This document shows, piece by piece, positions 9,872 through 20,700 of a stretch of 64,000 nucleotides of DNA (positions are counted from its first letter, which is position 1; each line of letters begins with the position of its first letter). Below the pieces are notes generated by a model. It ran no database searches. It saw only the letters and a program-made list of their open reading frames with translations, and was not told the DNA's origin. Made by a program: the position numbers and the translations under genes. The DNA is taken from contig DATMAB010000020.1 of assembly GCA_035573675.1 (NCBI GenBank), positions 88,408-152,407 on the forward strand. The letters are read 5' to 3'. This stretch comes from Terriglobales bacterium (GTDB lineage: Bacteria; Acidobacteriota; Terriglobia; Terriglobales; Acidobacteriaceae).

Positions 9872-10901
9872 AGCGGCCGCGCTCGTAGCTGCGGGAGCGC
9901 AGGTTGCGCTGCACTTTCTCGCAGATATCTTCGTCCTCGAGCTGGATCTCGTGGCTGAAGCGCACGCCGGCCTGGGCAGCCTCGGTGTTCGTTAGTTCCG
10001 GAAGCACGTACCACTCGAAGATGGCCAGTGTTTCCTCCGCCGCCAGCGGCACAACGATATTCAGCGACACGTTGTCCGGATAGCAGTTCAGCATCCAGTT
10101 GGGAAAAATCCAGAAGTACTCGGCTGCGAGCCCGGCAGCGTCAGGGTAGCGGCGGGGCGCATCACGCTCGTTCTCCGGCCCGCGAATGGGACTGGATTGC
10201 CGCGAGTGGCGCGGGAAGGTCTCGGTGACGTACCGGCCGTAATCCAGCTCCCGGTTCAGGCCGGGATGGACGCTGGGCAGATGGTAGCCCTCCAGATAGT
10301 TGTCCACGTAGGTCTTCCAGTTGCACTGCATGACGTACTCACGCCGCTCGAAAAACCGCACGCGTTCGAGCGGAAAGCGTTCGGCCTGCCGCGGCAGATC
10401 CCCGAGCGCCGGCAGCAGCGGTTCGGCCGCGTCGTCGAGATTCACGAACACCCATGCCGCCCACTCTTCCACGCGCACCGGCCGGAGTCCGAAATCTTCC
10501 GCGCGGAAGTCTTGCGCTCCTTCGAATTCCGGCGCCGTGATCAGGCGGCCGTCCAAACCGTAGGTCCAGCCGTGGTAGGAGCAGCGGAAAACTTTGCGCG
10601 AGCCGCATCCTTCGGCAGGCGGCCCGGCGCGATGCCGGCAGACGTTGTAGAAAGCGCGCAGCCTCCCTTCCCCGTCGCGCACGACCAGCAGCGGCTCGCC
10701 CGCAACCTGGCACGTGAAATAGTCGCCCGGTCGTGCCACCTGCTGGCGGCATCCCGCCACCTGCCACGTGCGCCCGAAAAGGCACTGGTGCTCGTGCGTC
10801 AGCACGGATGGTTCCGTGTAAAGGCTGGCAGGGAGCGTCCAGGCGCGAATGATGTCGGGGTCGACGCTCAGGTCGGCGAAAAGATTCCGGTCGGAGGGCA
10901 T
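9801..10901 (-). CDS. Rieske [2Fe-2S] oxygenase, alpha-subunit type
   Basis: The Rieske motifs are CRHRAGP...CSYHGWTY. The start is set at MPSDRN (residue 41 of ORF 9801..11021), because the first 40 codons overlap the DUF4870 gene. Confidence 0.8.
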   Translation of the reverse strand: MPSDRNLFADLSVDPDIIRAWTLPASLYTEPSVLTHEHQCLFGRTWQVAGCRQQVARPGDYFTCQVAGEPLLVVRDGEGRLRAFYNVCRHRAGPPAEGCGSRKVFRCSYHGWTYGLDGRLITAPEFEGAQDFRAEDFGLRPVRVEEWAAWVFVNLDDAAEPLLPALGDLPRQAERFPLERVRFFERREYVMQCNWKTYVDNYLEGYHLPSVHPGLNRELDYGRYVTETFPRHSRQSSPIRGPENERDAPRRYPDAAGLAAEYFWIFPNWMLNCYPDNVSLNIVVPLAAEETLAIFEWYVLPELTNTEAAQAGVRFSHEIQLEDEDICEKVQRNLRSRSYERGRFSVRQEKGVHHFHRLYAEWMKRG

Positions 10902-10909
10902 GGACCTAT

Positions 10910-11323
10910 TCAGAAACCGAGCATACCCCGCGCCATACGCCCGAGCACGGGGTACTCGGCCCACTCGCCCTTTCCCGCCTTGATGGCATACACGATGGCC
11001 AGGATCAGCATCGCTGCCCACCCCATCATGCCCAACAGCCAGGCGAGGGGAACCAGGGCGACGAACGCGGGCGGCGGCCCGGACATGCTGCCGCCCGCCG
11101 CGCCCAGGATGGCCACCGCCACGATGCCAACGAAGAAGACCACCCAGATGACCATGTAGACCAGCTGCAGGAACACCGCCTGCAAGGCATGGAAGGTTAC
11201 GAAACGCGAGTCGCGCTTGACCAGCAGGATGATGAGCGGAGCGATGAAGGTGCCCACAATCTGCAGGGCATGGGCGAGCACGGCAAACGTGCGCTCATCC
11301 TGCGTGACGGGTGTGGCTTCCAT
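10910..11323 (-). CDS. Small multi-pass membrane protein, DUF4870-like
   Basis: This is the C-terminal 137 aa of ORF 10910..11833, starting at [20 protein letters not shown]. It has 3-4 hydrophobic helices. The upstream part of the ORF is antisense to proS. Confidence 0.6.
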   Translation of the reverse strand: MEATPVTQDERTFAVLAHALQIVGTFIAPLIILLVKRDSRFVTFHALQAVFLQLVYMVIWVVFFVGIVAVAILGAAGGSMSGPPPAFVALVPLAWLLGMMGWAAMLILAIVYAIKAGKGEWAEYPVLGRMARGMLGF

Positions 11324-11452
11324 TCCAGGCTCCTGCGATCCGGCGGACGCGGCGCGGGAGCCATTATACGCAGCCCGGCCCGCCAGCCCCGCTTCTGCTG
11401 GGGTCCATCCTTTAGAATGAACGATTCGATGGATTCGAAGGCAAGGAGCACA

Positions 11453-13207
11453 ATGCAACGCTGGTCGCAACTGTTCATTCCCACGCTGCGCGAGGCCCCG
11501 GCGGACGCCGAGGTGGCCAGCCACAAGTTCCTGGTGCGCGCCGGCTACATCCGCCAGCTCGCCGCCGGCATCTACTCCTACCTCTTTCTGGGACAGCGGT
11601 CGCTGCTCAAGATCCAGGCCATCGTGCGCGAGGAGATGAACCGCATCGCGCAGGAGTTCTACCTGCCCGCCCTGAACCCGCGCGAGCTTTGGGAGGCATC
11701 CGGCCGCTGGACCTTGATGGGCGAAAACATGTTCCGGCTGAAGGACCGCAAGGGCGCCGACCTGTGCCTGGGCATGACCCATGAAGAGGTCATGACGGAA
11801 ATCGCGCGCAAGGAACTGCGCAGCTACAAGCAACTGCCGCAGATCTGGTACCAGATCCAGACCAAGTTCCGTGACGAGCCGCGGCCCAAGTCAGGTCTGC
11901 TGCGGGTGCGCCAATTCATCATGAAAGATTCGTATTCCTTCGACCTGGATCCCGCCGGACTCGACGTGAGCTACCAGAAGCACTACGACGCCTACTGCGC
12001 CATCTTCGACCGCTGCGGACTGAAGTACATCGTGGTGGAGGCGCACTCCGGCGCCATGGGGGGTTCGCAGTCGCACGAATTCATGGTGATGACCGAAGCT
12101 GGTGAGGACATGGTGGCGAGCTGCGAGAAGTGCCGGTACGCGGCCAATCTGGAGAAGGCCACCTCGCGCCTGGACCCGGTCGAGGACCTGGCCCCCGAAG
12201 GCGACGGCAAGCCGCTTCCGGTCGAAACGCCCGGGATGAAGACCATCGACGACGTGGCCCGGTTCCTGGGGGTGTCTCCGAAACAGAAAATGAAGACCCT
12301 GGCCTACATGGCGGGCGACCTGAACGCCGGCAAGATCTACCCCCTGGTGGTTTTCGTCCGCGGTGATCACATGCTGAACGAGGCCAAGCTGGCGGCGGCC
12401 TTGCCCGCCAAAGATGCGCTCCGTCCCATGCATCCGGAAGAAATCGAGCAGATCTTCGGCTCACCGGCGGGATACCTGGGGCCCATCGGTACGGAGAAGA
12501 TGTCGTACAACGGAGAGGCCGTCCGCGTGATGGTGGACGAAGCCTTGCGCGGCCGGAAAAATCTGGTCGCCGGCGCCAACCGCGAGAACTATCACCTGAA
12601 AAACGTCACGCCGGAGCGCGACTTCCCTGTACCGCAATGGGTCGACGTGCGCAGTGCCGAGGCGGGAGAAGGCTGTCCCAACTGCGGCCATCCCCTGCGC
12701 GTTTCCAAGGCGGTGGAGATCGGCCACATCTTCAAGCTCGGCTACAAGTACGCGGAATCGCTGGGAGCACGCGTCCTTGACCAGGAAGGCAAGGAGGTTA
12801 CGCCCATCATGGGCAGCTACGGCATCGGCCTGGAGCGCATCCTGACTGCGGCCGTGGAACAGAGTCACGACGCGGATGGTTTCTGGCTGCCGCCGCAGAT
12901 CGCTCCCTTCGAGATCATCGTCGTACCCACCAACGCGCGCGATAGCAAGCTGCTGGAAACGGCCGTGGCCGTGGCCGAGCAACTGGGGAAGGCCGGCTAC
13001 GACGTCCTGCTCGACGACCGCGATGAGCGCCCCGGGATCAAGTTCAAGGACGCCGACCTCATCGGTGTTCCCTTCCGCGTCACTGTTGGCAAGAAAGTTT
13101 CCGAGGGCAAAGTGGAGGTGGCGCGGCGCTCGACACGTGAAACCCAGGATGCTACCATCGGCGCAGTTGCGGACACATTCCGGAACTTTTTCCCGCCCGG
13201 CCGTTGA
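11453..13207 (+). CDS. proS: Proline--tRNA ligase
   Basis: It starts [36 protein letters not shown], preceded by AAGGAG. Class II aaRS motifs are present ([28 protein letters not shown]). Confidence 0.9.
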   Translation: MQRWSQLFIPTLREAPADAEVASHKFLVRAGYIRQLAAGIYSYLFLGQRSLLKIQAIVREEMNRIAQEFYLPALNPRELWEASGRWTLMGENMFRLKDRKGADLCLGMTHEEVMTEIARKELRSYKQLPQIWYQIQTKFRDEPRPKSGLLRVRQFIMKDSYSFDLDPAGLDVSYQKHYDAYCAIFDRCGLKYIVVEAHSGAMGGSQSHEFMVMTEAGEDMVASCEKCRYAANLEKATSRLDPVEDLAPEGDGKPLPVETPGMKTIDDVARFLGVSPKQKMKTLAYMAGDLNAGKIYPLVVFVRGDHMLNEAKLAAALPAKDALRPMHPEEIEQIFGSPAGYLGPIGTEKMSYNGEAVRVMVDEALRGRKNLVAGANRENYHLKNVTPERDFPVPQWVDVRSAEAGEGCPNCGHPLRVSKAVEIGHIFKLGYKYAESLGARVLDQEGKEVTPIMGSYGIGLERILTAAVEQSHDADGFWLPPQIAPFEIIVVPTNARDSKLLETAVAVAEQLGKAGYDVLLDDRDERPGIKFKDADLIGVPFRVTVGKKVSEGKVEVARRSTRETQDATIGAVADTFRNFFPPGR

Positions 13208-13240
13208 CTTCGAGCCGGTCGACTCCGGAGGCAGGACGCC

Positions 13241-13582
13241 ATGAGATCGCTGAAGGCGCTGTTAGGGATCGTCGTCATCGTAGGCGGCGTCTACGTAGCT
13301 TTTAAGCTTATCCCGCCCTATTTCGCGAATTTCCAATTTGAAGACGCCATTGAGAGCGAGACCAGGCTGGGCGTGTACTCCAACAAGAGCGAGGCCGAGA
13401 TCATTGAAAATGTCCTGAAGAAAGCCAAGGATCTCGACATCCCCCTGCGTGCGGAGCAGGTTCATGTGCAGCGCGAAGGGAGCGCCCTGGTCATCTGGGC
13501 GGAGTACACCGTACACGTGGATCTGCCGGGCTATCCCGTGGAATTGAAGTTCAGGCCGTCGACCAAGAACAAGCGCATTTAG
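13241..13582 (+). CDS. Small N-terminally anchored membrane protein, unknown function
   Basis: It has one TM helix (LLGIVVIVGGVYVAFKLI). Composition is balanced, and it is packed tightly after proS. Confidence 0.55.
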   Translation: MRSLKALLGIVVIVGGVYVAFKLIPPYFANFQFEDAIESETRLGVYSNKSEAEIIENVLKKAKDLDIPLRAEQVHVQREGSALVIWAEYTVHVDLPGYPVELKFRPSTKNKRI

Positions 13583-13658
13583 ACCGGCATCCTGGGCAGT
13601 TTCCCGACTGCAGCCTTTGCGGGTAACATGATGGAGCGCGCCCGGCCCCTGGGCGGGC

Positions 13659-16343
13659 GTGGACGCGCTCGCTGTATCGGTGGCCACTCGCACAAAAATA
13701 CCGCCGCGTTCGAAACGCCGGGTCGGTTCGCGGACTTCCCGCGCCTTCGGCCGGATTCCCATCCCCCGCAGCCTCCCGGGCAGGATTCTCCTCTCCATCG
13801 CGGTTCTGGTCGCCGTAACCGGCTTGAGCCTGTTCATTTGGATCTACGTCAAGTACGACCGCATGGTGGACCGGCGCATGAGTGGCCAGATCTTCACCAA
13901 CGCCTCCAAGATCTATGCCGCGCCCCGGCTGGTGCGCGTCGGCGACCGCCTGACGGCCCACGATGTGGCCAGTGAACTCCGCCGCGCCGGCTACACCTCC
14001 GAGGGCGAGAATTCCCCGGTACGCATGGGCAGCTACCGGATGCTCGGCGACAGCATCGAGATCCACCCCGGAGCGGAATCCTATTTCGCCGCCCAGCAGG
14101 GACGCATCTACTTCCGTGGCGGGCAGGTGTCGCGCATCGTGGTGACCCGCGGCGATTCTCGCAGCGATGCCGCCGCCTACGGCCTGGAGCCGGTGCTGGT
14201 CACCGCCTTGTTCGACAGTGAACAGCGCTCCAAGCGGCGCCTGGTGCAGTACGCGGAAATCCCCAGAGTGTTGCGGGACGCCGTGCTGGCCATCGAGGAC
14301 CGCCGCTTCTTCGAGCATGGCGGGGTGAATTACTGGCGGCTGGCGCAGGCCGCGTTCATCGATGTGTGGGAAGGACATCGCCAGCAGGGCGGTTCCACGC
14401 TCACCATGCAGCTCTCCCGGCGTTTCTTTCTCACCCCGGAAAAGACCGTCAAGCGCAAGCTCACGGAGATCCTCATCACCTTTCTGCTCGAGCACCGCTT
14501 CACTAAGGAACAGATCTTCGAGCTCTACGCCAACGAGGTCTACATGGGGCAGCGCGGGTCGTTCGCCATCAACGGCTTCGGCGAGGCGGCGCGCTCCTAC
14601 TTCAACAAAGACTTGCGCAGCCTGAACCTGCCGGAAGCTGCGCTGTTGGCGGGCCTGATCCAGCGTCCCAGCTATCTTTCTCCCTATAAGTATCCGGAGC
14701 GCGCGCAGGCGCGGCGCAACCTGGTGCTCGACGGCATGGTGGAAACCGGCGCCGTTACGCGCGAGGAAGCCGAGCGCGCCAAGGCGGCGCCCCTGAAGCT
14801 GGCGCCACCCAACGTGGAGGCCAGCGACGCTCCCTACTTCGTGGACCTGGTGAAGGATCAGTTGCTGGAGCGCTACAGCGAAAGCGACCTCAACGAGCGC
14901 GCCTTCCGCATCTACACCACGCTGGATCCGGAACTGCAGCGGTACGCCGCGGAGGCCGTCCAGCAGGGGCTGAAGGAAATCGACGCCGAACTCATCAAGA
15001 AGCGGACGCGCCGCGTCCCGGTGGGAAAGGGCAAGTTTGAAACACGCGTCCAGCCGGGTCCGATGCCGCAGGTGGCTCTGGTGGCTATGGACGCACACAC
15101 CGGCGCCGTTCTGGCGCTGGTCGGCGGAAGGAACTACGGGACCAGCCAGTTGAATCACGTGGTCGCCAAGCGGCCGACCGGCTCCGTCTTCAAACCGTTT
15201 GTGTACGCGGCTGCGATCAACACCGCCGTGACCGGCCAGCAGCCGGTCGTGACCGCGGCTTCGCTCATCGACGACTCGCCGACTACTTTTCTTTACGGCG
15301 ACCAGATCTACGAGCCGCGCAATTATCAGGAGAAGTACCACGGGATGGTCACCGCGCGCTACGCGTTGGCCCTTTCGCTGAACAACGCTACCGTCCGGCT
15401 GGCGGAGCAGATCGGCTATGACAAGGTGGCCGAACTGGCCCGTGCCGCCGGCATCAAGTCGGTAGTAGGCACGCCGGCCGCCGCCCTCGGAGCGTACGAT
15501 GCCACGCCCCTGGAGATGGCGGGAGCCTACACTGTCTTCTCCAACCAGGGCGTTCACGTGACCCCGCGGCTGCTCAATGCGGTGCGCACGGGAACCGGCG
15601 AGCCCGTGGAAGAGTTTCAGTCCGAACGGAAGCCGGTACTGGACCCGCGCGTCGCCTATGTCATGACCAACATGATGGAGGTGGTCATCAACTCCGGCAC
15701 TGCCGCTGGTGTACGCGCCCGCGGTTTCTCCGCCCCCGCGGCCGGCAAGACCGGCACGTCTCACGACGCCTGGTTTGCCGGTTACACCTCGGAGTTGCTT
15801 TGCATCGTCTGGGTCGGTTTCGACGACTACAGCGACCTTCGCATGAGTGGGGGAACCACCGCTGCGCCTATCTGGGCCGAGTTCATGAAGAAGGCGGTCC
15901 TTCACCCGCAGTACGGCCGCTCCCGCTCCTTCTCTCCGCCCACGGGCATCGTGGGCGTGCAGATCGACAAGGCCACGAATCTGCTGGCCACCCCAGCCTG
16001 CCCCGACACCTACTTCGCCACGTTTATCGCCGGCACCGAGCCGCAGGATACGTGCGAACACGGTTCCGGGCTGAAAGGCCTGGCCCAGCGGCTTCTGGGC
16101 CTCGATGGGCACCCGACGCCGCCGGCAGTGGTGTCTAATCCTGGGACTAGCCCGCCCGCGGGGGCTGGTTCGCAGCCCGCGGGACAGACGGCCGCAAGCG
16201 ATGGAACGGTTCCCGCAAAGAAGAAGAGCTTTTTGGGAAGGGTTGTAGGCATTTTCAAGGACGAAAAAAAAGAAGCGCGCGCCGCTCCCGGCCAGCCGGA
16301 AACCCCACCCAGCCAGGGCGCCGGCAACCGCGCTCCGCAGTAG
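13659..16343 (+). CDS. Class A penicillin-binding protein (bifunctional glycosyltransferase/transpeptidase)
   Basis: GT51 motifs are EDRRFFEHGGVN and GGSTLTMQL. Transpeptidase motifs are TGSVFKPF (SxxK) and KTGTS. The C-terminal tail is low-complexity and Pro-rich. Confidence 0.9.
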   Translation: MDALAVSVATRTKIPPRSKRRVGSRTSRAFGRIPIPRSLPGRILLSIAVLVAVTGLSLFIWIYVKYDRMVDRRMSGQIFTNASKIYAAPRLVRVGDRLTAHDVASELRRAGYTSEGENSPVRMGSYRMLGDSIEIHPGAESYFAAQQGRIYFRGGQVSRIVVTRGDSRSDAAAYGLEPVLVTALFDSEQRSKRRLVQYAEIPRVLRDAVLAIEDRRFFEHGGVNYWRLAQAAFIDVWEGHRQQGGSTLTMQLSRRFFLTPEKTVKRKLTEILITFLLEHRFTKEQIFELYANEVYMGQRGSFAINGFGEAARSYFNKDLRSLNLPEAALLAGLIQRPSYLSPYKYPERAQARRNLVLDGMVETGAVTREEAERAKAAPLKLAPPNVEASDAPYFVDLVKDQLLERYSESDLNERAFRIYTTLDPELQRYAAEAVQQGLKEIDAELIKKRTRRVPVGKGKFETRVQPGPMPQVALVAMDAHTGAVLALVGGRNYGTSQLNHVVAKRPTGSVFKPFVYAAAINTAVTGQQPVVTAASLIDDSPTTFLYGDQIYEPRNYQEKYHGMVTARYALALSLNNATVRLAEQIGYDKVAELARAAGIKSVVGTPAAALGAYDATPLEMAGAYTVFSNQGVHVTPRLLNAVRTGTGEPVEEFQSERKPVLDPRVAYVMTNMMEVVINSGTAAGVRARGFSAPAAGKTGTSHDAWFAGYTSELLCIVWVGFDDYSDLRMSGGTTAAPIWAEFMKKAVLHPQYGRSRSFSPPTGIVGVQIDKATNLLATPACPDTYFATFIAGTEPQDTCEHGSGLKGLAQRLLGLDGHPTPPAVVSNPGTSPPAGAGSQPAGQTAASDGTVPAKKKSFLGRVVGIFKDEKKEARAAPGQPETPPSQGAGNRAPQ

Positions 16344-16352
16344 GAGGTAGTC

Positions 16353-17177
16353 ATGACTCGAGCATCCTGGCTCATGGCTCTGTGCGTTCTCTGGTTCAGC
16401 TTTCCGCTCGCCGCGCAAATCCCCGAACCGCTTGTTCCCCCGCTCGACCAGGATCAGACAGCCACCACCCCGACCGAGCTTCGCCGCGCCGAGCCTCCTC
16501 CGCGCGACTGGACGGCCGCGCAACTGGAAAAGCGCGGCGACGAACTGCGCGCCACCAAGGTCTATGCCGATTCCATCGACTACTACCAGGCGGCGCTCAA
16601 GAAGCAATCCAGCGCCGTGCTCTACAACAAGATGGGCCTGGCGGAGTTGGCGATGCTGCGCTACGACCGTGCCAAAAAGAACTTCGAAAAAGCGGTCAAG
16701 ATGAATCCGCAGTACCCGGAGGCCCTGAACAATCTGGGCGCCGTTTATTACATCCGCAAGAGCTACGGACGGGCTATCAAACAGTACAAGAAGGCGATCG
16801 AGGCCAGCCCCAACTGGGCCAGCTTCCACAGCAATCTGGGGACCGCTTATTTCGCGCGCAAGGAGTACGACAAGGCTACCGTGGAATACCTGCGCGCTCT
16901 GGAACTGGACCCGGAGATCTTCGAGCGGCGCTCGACTATGGGCGTCTCCGCCCACCTGACCACCTCCACGGATCGTGCGCGTTATTCCTACGTGATCGCC
17001 AAGATGTACGCCCACATCGGCGACACCGAACGCAGTCTCCTCTATCTGAAGAAGGCCATGGAACAGGGTTATAAGGACATTAACGACGTTTACAAGGACG
17101 AAGAGTTCGCCACCGTACGCAAGGACCCTCGCTTCACCGAGCTGATGGCTGCGCCTCCCCCCGCCATCCCGAATTGA
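16353..17177 (+). CDS. Secreted TPR-repeat protein
   Basis: It has a signal peptide and repeated TPR-like units (AxxxYxxAL...P..A.NNLG). Confidence 0.75.
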   Translation: MTRASWLMALCVLWFSFPLAAQIPEPLVPPLDQDQTATTPTELRRAEPPPRDWTAAQLEKRGDELRATKVYADSIDYYQAALKKQSSAVLYNKMGLAELAMLRYDRAKKNFEKAVKMNPQYPEALNNLGAVYYIRKSYGRAIKQYKKAIEASPNWASFHSNLGTAYFARKEYDKATVEYLRALELDPEIFERRSTMGVSAHLTTSTDRARYSYVIAKMYAHIGDTERSLLYLKKAMEQGYKDINDVYKDEEFATVRKDPRFTELMAAPPPAIPN

Positions 17178-17301
17178 AGGTTCGGCGATGGCGCTGGGGT
17201 TAGCTATCCGGCTGCCACTCATGGCGCTCTTGGTGATGGCTGGCGCCGCGGACCTTGACATGGATTCGCTTGGCGCGGCGTCAATCCAGGGAGGACACCA
17301 G

Positions 17302-17763
17302 ATGTCTTTCTCCATCGAATCTCCAGCCTTCGCACCCGGCGGCGACATCCCGCGCAAGCACACCTGCGACGGTCCTGACGTCTCCCCGGCCCTGCGCTGG
17401 AACGAGCCTCCGGCGGGCACCAAGGGTTTCGCGTTGATAGCCGACGACCCCGATGCTCCCGTAGGCACCTGGGTACATTGGGTCGTCTATGATCTCCCGG
17501 CGGCCACGCGCGAGTTGCCTGAAGGCGTTGTCAAGCAGAAAGATGTTCCGGGAGGAGGCCGTCAGGGAACGAACGATTTCCGCCGCCTCGGTTACGGCGG
17601 ACCGTGCCCTCCGCCCGGCAAGCCTCATCGTTACTTCTTCAAGCTCTATGCGCTCAGCACCGCGCTGGGCCTGGAGCCCGGCGCGACCAAGGTCGACGTC
17701 GAGCGCGCGATGAAGGGGAGGGTGCTGGCCGAAGCGAGCCTGATGGGTCGCTACCGGCGCTAG
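17302..17763 (+). CDS. YbhB/YbcL (PEBP/Raf-kinase-inhibitor-like) family protein
   Basis: Motifs are MSFSIESPAFAPGGDIP..., DPDAP..WVHWVVYD and PPPGKPHRYFF. GGAGG lies 8 nt upstream of ATG 17302. The ORF could instead begin at 17188, which would add a signal-like leader. Confidence 0.8.
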   Translation: MSFSIESPAFAPGGDIPRKHTCDGPDVSPALRWNEPPAGTKGFALIADDPDAPVGTWVHWVVYDLPAATRELPEGVVKQKDVPGGGRQGTNDFRRLGYGGPCPPPGKPHRYFFKLYALSTALGLEPGATKVDVERAMKGRVLAEASLMGRYRR

Positions 17764-17764
17764 C

Positions 17765-18769
17765 TCATCGCGCGGGCAGCCGCACCTCGAAGGTCTTGGA
17801 GAGCGCTCGCGTGCGGCCCTCGGCGTCCTGCACGCCTACCTTGGCCCGGAAGCTCTGGCGGGAGCTGGCTTTTGCCGCATCCAGTACCAGCCTGACCATG
17901 CCATCTTCCGGCGTAGGACACTGCGTTTCGCTGCGTACCTCCTTCAGCGTGTTGTCCGCACCTTGCGGCCTGAACACTATGTAAACCGGACCGCGGGCGT
18001 TTCGACAATGCAGCGAGATCTTCAGATCCAGAGTGTCCGGATTCGCACTCGCGCTGACTTCCGTGTCGCCGAGGAAAACCAAGAGCGGCGCCGGCCCGCC
18101 GGGAGATGCGGCTGCGTCTGGCCAGCGCTGTTCGAACTCGGCCAGCGCTTCCTCGGAGGCGCGCAGGCTGTGCTGCCCACGTGTCTCCCAGCGGGGGTGA
18201 CTGGAAAAAAACGCCAGCGGCTTCGGCGTCTCTCCGCGGGCCTGCCGCAACAGTTGTTGCAGGGCGAACATGGAGTCGGGATGGTAGCCGGCAGCGGCCA
18301 TCAGCATCATGCCCGTGGCATCGGCGCGGTGCTCACGGTCGCGCAGCACCTTGCCGAACACATAGGGCAAAGCCAGGTGCAGCCCTTTTAAGGCGAGGTT
18401 GGGATGGCGGAGGATCACGTGCGCGACCTCGTGGGAAAGAACGGCCGCCCACAAACCGCGATCCTCATTCAGCAGCCGCGCCAGGCCGCCGGCAACCCAC
18501 ACCCGCCCTTTGGCGTCGGAGTACGCGTTGATGCTCTCGTTCTCGAGGATGGCAAAGCGCCAGTCCAGCTTGGCTTCCGCCACCAGCGGCGTGCCGACCA
18601 GGTGACGGAACACGGCGGTTCCCATTACCAGCTGCGGCCGCAGGTCCGGATCCAAGGCCGCTGCATCAGCGTCCTTTTGCTCAGCCCACGCCAGGCTGCC
18701 TGGGGACAGACAGAACCCGACCACCACCAGTTGCAGCCAGACGAATCGCCTTGTCGGGTGAGGTTTCAC
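17765..18769 (-). CDS. M48 family metallopeptidase, secreted or lipoprotein-like
   Basis: It has a signal-like N-terminus and the HEXXH motif in LSHEVAHVILRH. Confidence 0.75.
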   Translation of the reverse strand: MKPHPTRRFVWLQLVVVGFCLSPGSLAWAEQKDADAAALDPDLRPQLVMGTAVFRHLVGTPLVAEAKLDWRFAILENESINAYSDAKGRVWVAGGLARLLNEDRGLWAAVLSHEVAHVILRHPNLALKGLHLALPYVFGKVLRDREHRADATGMMLMAAAGYHPDSMFALQQLLRQARGETPKPLAFFSSHPRWETRGQHSLRASEEALAEFEQRWPDAAASPGGPAPLLVFLGDTEVSASANPDTLDLKISLHCRNARGPVYIVFRPQGADNTLKEVRSETQCPTPEDGMVRLVLDAAKASSRQSFRAKVGVQDAEGRTRALSKTFEVRLPAR

Positions 18770-18939
18770 GCTTCGCCCCAGAAGACGAGGGAAGCATATG
18801 CCATAACCCGTTTAACTGCAATTGGTTACGGGTAATCTCGTTTGGTTACGACGAGCGTTACTTTGGGCACCTTTACGCTGCATGCGACCCCGGGTAACGT
18901 CGAGAGTGCAACAGGCCGCGCAAGCGGAGAGGTTGGGCT

Positions 18940-19518
18940 TTGAACAAGAACCCCCAGGACGTTTCCGTTATCGTCTACCCGGATCAGCCGAAAGCGGGCT
19001 GGGTTCCGCCGCGGCCGAAGCCGTCGCTGATTCGTCCGGTCAGCGGCATGTTGGCCATGGCCGGTGCGACCGCCAGTTCCACCGGTTTCTCTTCCAGCGT
19101 TGCGACCGGAAGTATTCCGGTCATCGACCTGGATTCGGCCCGCCGCATCTATCGCAGCATCAAAGGATTCCGTATCCTGTTTGCCTTGGTCACCGTGACG
19201 GTTCCGGTGTCCTTCTTCCTCTTCGTGGCCCTCGGAGCCGGATGGCTGCGCGCGGAATTCTTCGAAGGAACGCTGATTCTGGCCTACGCCACCGCGATTG
19301 TTCGGCCGGTCGCGGAGCTGGCGGAGCAGTTGTTCCCGTTCCGCACCGTCATCAACGCCTTCAACTGGTGGATATTCGCTGTCGGCCTGGCCGCGCTGGC
19401 CCTGCGACGCACGCTTCTCGATCATCTGGAGCGGGCCGAGCTCTGGGCCAAGACGCGCGCCTTTACTGCCGAGTGGACAGCCCGCAAGGCTCAGGCGAAG
19501 AGAGCCCAATTCCGATAG
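18940..19518 (+). CDS. Hypothetical membrane protein
   Basis: It uses a TTG start and has three hydrophobic helices. Third-position usage looks coding. I recognise no motif. Confidence 0.5.
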   Translation: MNKNPQDVSVIVYPDQPKAGWVPPRPKPSLIRPVSGMLAMAGATASSTGFSSSVATGSIPVIDLDSARRIYRSIKGFRILFALVTVTVPVSFFLFVALGAGWLRAEFFEGTLILAYATAIVRPVAELAEQLFPFRTVINAFNWWIFAVGLAALALRRTLLDHLERAELWAKTRAFTAEWTARKAQAKRAQFR

Positions 19519-19657
19519 CCTGAAGCTCGCAAACCGCGCAGCCTGTTACCGCGTGGAGCGCATCTTTCGAAGGGTGCGCTTTCGGTGTCGTTGACTTCCG
19601 GCGGCGTGGCCCCTAAGATGCTCCCCGCCCCACCACCGCCCCTAGAAGGAAGGCCGC

Positions 19658-20011
19658 GTGCTGACCATTCAGACCAAACGCATCGATCCGGACATCGTCG
19701 TGCTGCAACTGGCGGGCCGCCTTACCCTGGGGCGCGACGCCCAGCACGTGGAGTGGCAGGTCGCAGACCTGGTGAAGGCCGAGGAGAAGAAAATCATCTT
19801 CGATCTCTCTCAGCTCGACCACATCGACAGCACGGGCATCGGCATCGTGGTGGCATGTTCCGGCAAGCTCCGCCAGTCCGGCGGCGAACTGCGGCTGGCC
19901 GGCGCCAAGGGCCTGGTGGCCGAGGTGCTCAAGCTCACCAATGTCAACGCCATCGTCAGCATGTTCGAGAATGCCGACGCTGCGGCGCAGAACTTCTCGC
20001 GCCCTGCCTAG
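19658..20011 (+). CDS. STAS-domain anti-sigma-factor antagonist (SpoIIAA-like)
   Basis: The motif is ...IIFDLSQLDHIDSTGIGIVV... with the conserved phosphorylatable Ser context. It uses a GTG start. Confidence 0.8.
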   Translation: MLTIQTKRIDPDIVVLQLAGRLTLGRDAQHVEWQVADLVKAEEKKIIFDLSQLDHIDSTGIGIVVACSGKLRQSGGELRLAGAKGLVAEVLKLTNVNAIVSMFENADAAAQNFSRPA

Positions 20012-20047
20012 GGCTCGCATCCTTCCGAAAGCGTACGCCCCAAAGAT

Positions 20048-20638
20048 CTAGCGCTGCTGTGGCCGGCTCGCCGGCGGAATGACGCCGTTCATCCGCAGGT
20101 ACACCACCATCTGGCCGTAGTGGTCGAAGCAGTGCGCCACGACCGATGAGGCCATGGCCAGGCGCGTGGTCTGGTTGTCCCCGAACGGGCTCTTGATCCA
20201 CGCCGTGGCGTTTTCCGCTTTTACCGCGTCCATGGCCTTGTGCACATAGGCAAAGGAATCCTTGAGGAACTTCACCGCGTCGGCCTTGGTCTTGATGGAG
20301 TCGGGGCCATTTTCACCGGTTCCGATATCGATGGGAATCTTCTCTTCCAGGATGGCGGCGCCGATCATGTAGTTCACGGCCGCCACGTGCTTGATCTGCT
20401 GCAGGTAGGTGCGGACGCCTTTGAACTCACCATGGGAAGGCGCAAAGTCGAACTTGTCTTCCGGCATGGCTTCGGCGGCCGGAACGAACTCGCTCTCAAT
20501 CCAGCCCAATTGGCCGTGCACAACCTTGGTAACGGTAGGCGGCGGACCCGGGTCCTTCTTGGCCGCCTCCTGCGCGAACGCCATGCCACCCACGGCAAGT
20601 AACACCAGCAAGACCGCACACAAAGAATGCCTGTTCAT
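20048..20638 (-). CDS. DinB-family (four-helix bundle) protein, secreted
   Basis: This is the C-terminal 196 aa of ORF 20048..21541, starting at MNRHSLCAVLL (signal peptide). It shows a DinB-like His pattern (HVAAVNY..., AHCFDHYGQMVVYLR). Confidence 0.7.
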   Translation of the reverse strand: MNRHSLCAVLLVLLAVGGMAFAQEAAKKDPGPPPTVTKVVHGQLGWIESEFVPAAEAMPEDKFDFAPSHGEFKGVRTYLQQIKHVAAVNYMIGAAILEEKIPIDIGTGENGPDSIKTKADAVKFLKDSFAYVHKAMDAVKAENATAWIKSPFGDNQTTRLAMASSVVAHCFDHYGQMVVYLRMNGVIPPASRPQQR

Positions 20639-20700
20639 CTCGAGTCTCCTTGGGAAGTGAGAAACAGCCGCATATCTTATCGCACAGCCGCGCACGCTGC

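Noticed and set aside
13551-17468. A 1305-aa ORF on the minus strand spanning 3.9 kb
   Set aside because: It is antisense to three genes with clear motifs: a class A PBP, a TPR protein and a PEBP. The translation is Arg/Gly/Ala/Pro-rich low complexity and crosses intergenic gaps. This is the typical stop-codon-poor antisense frame of high-GC DNA.
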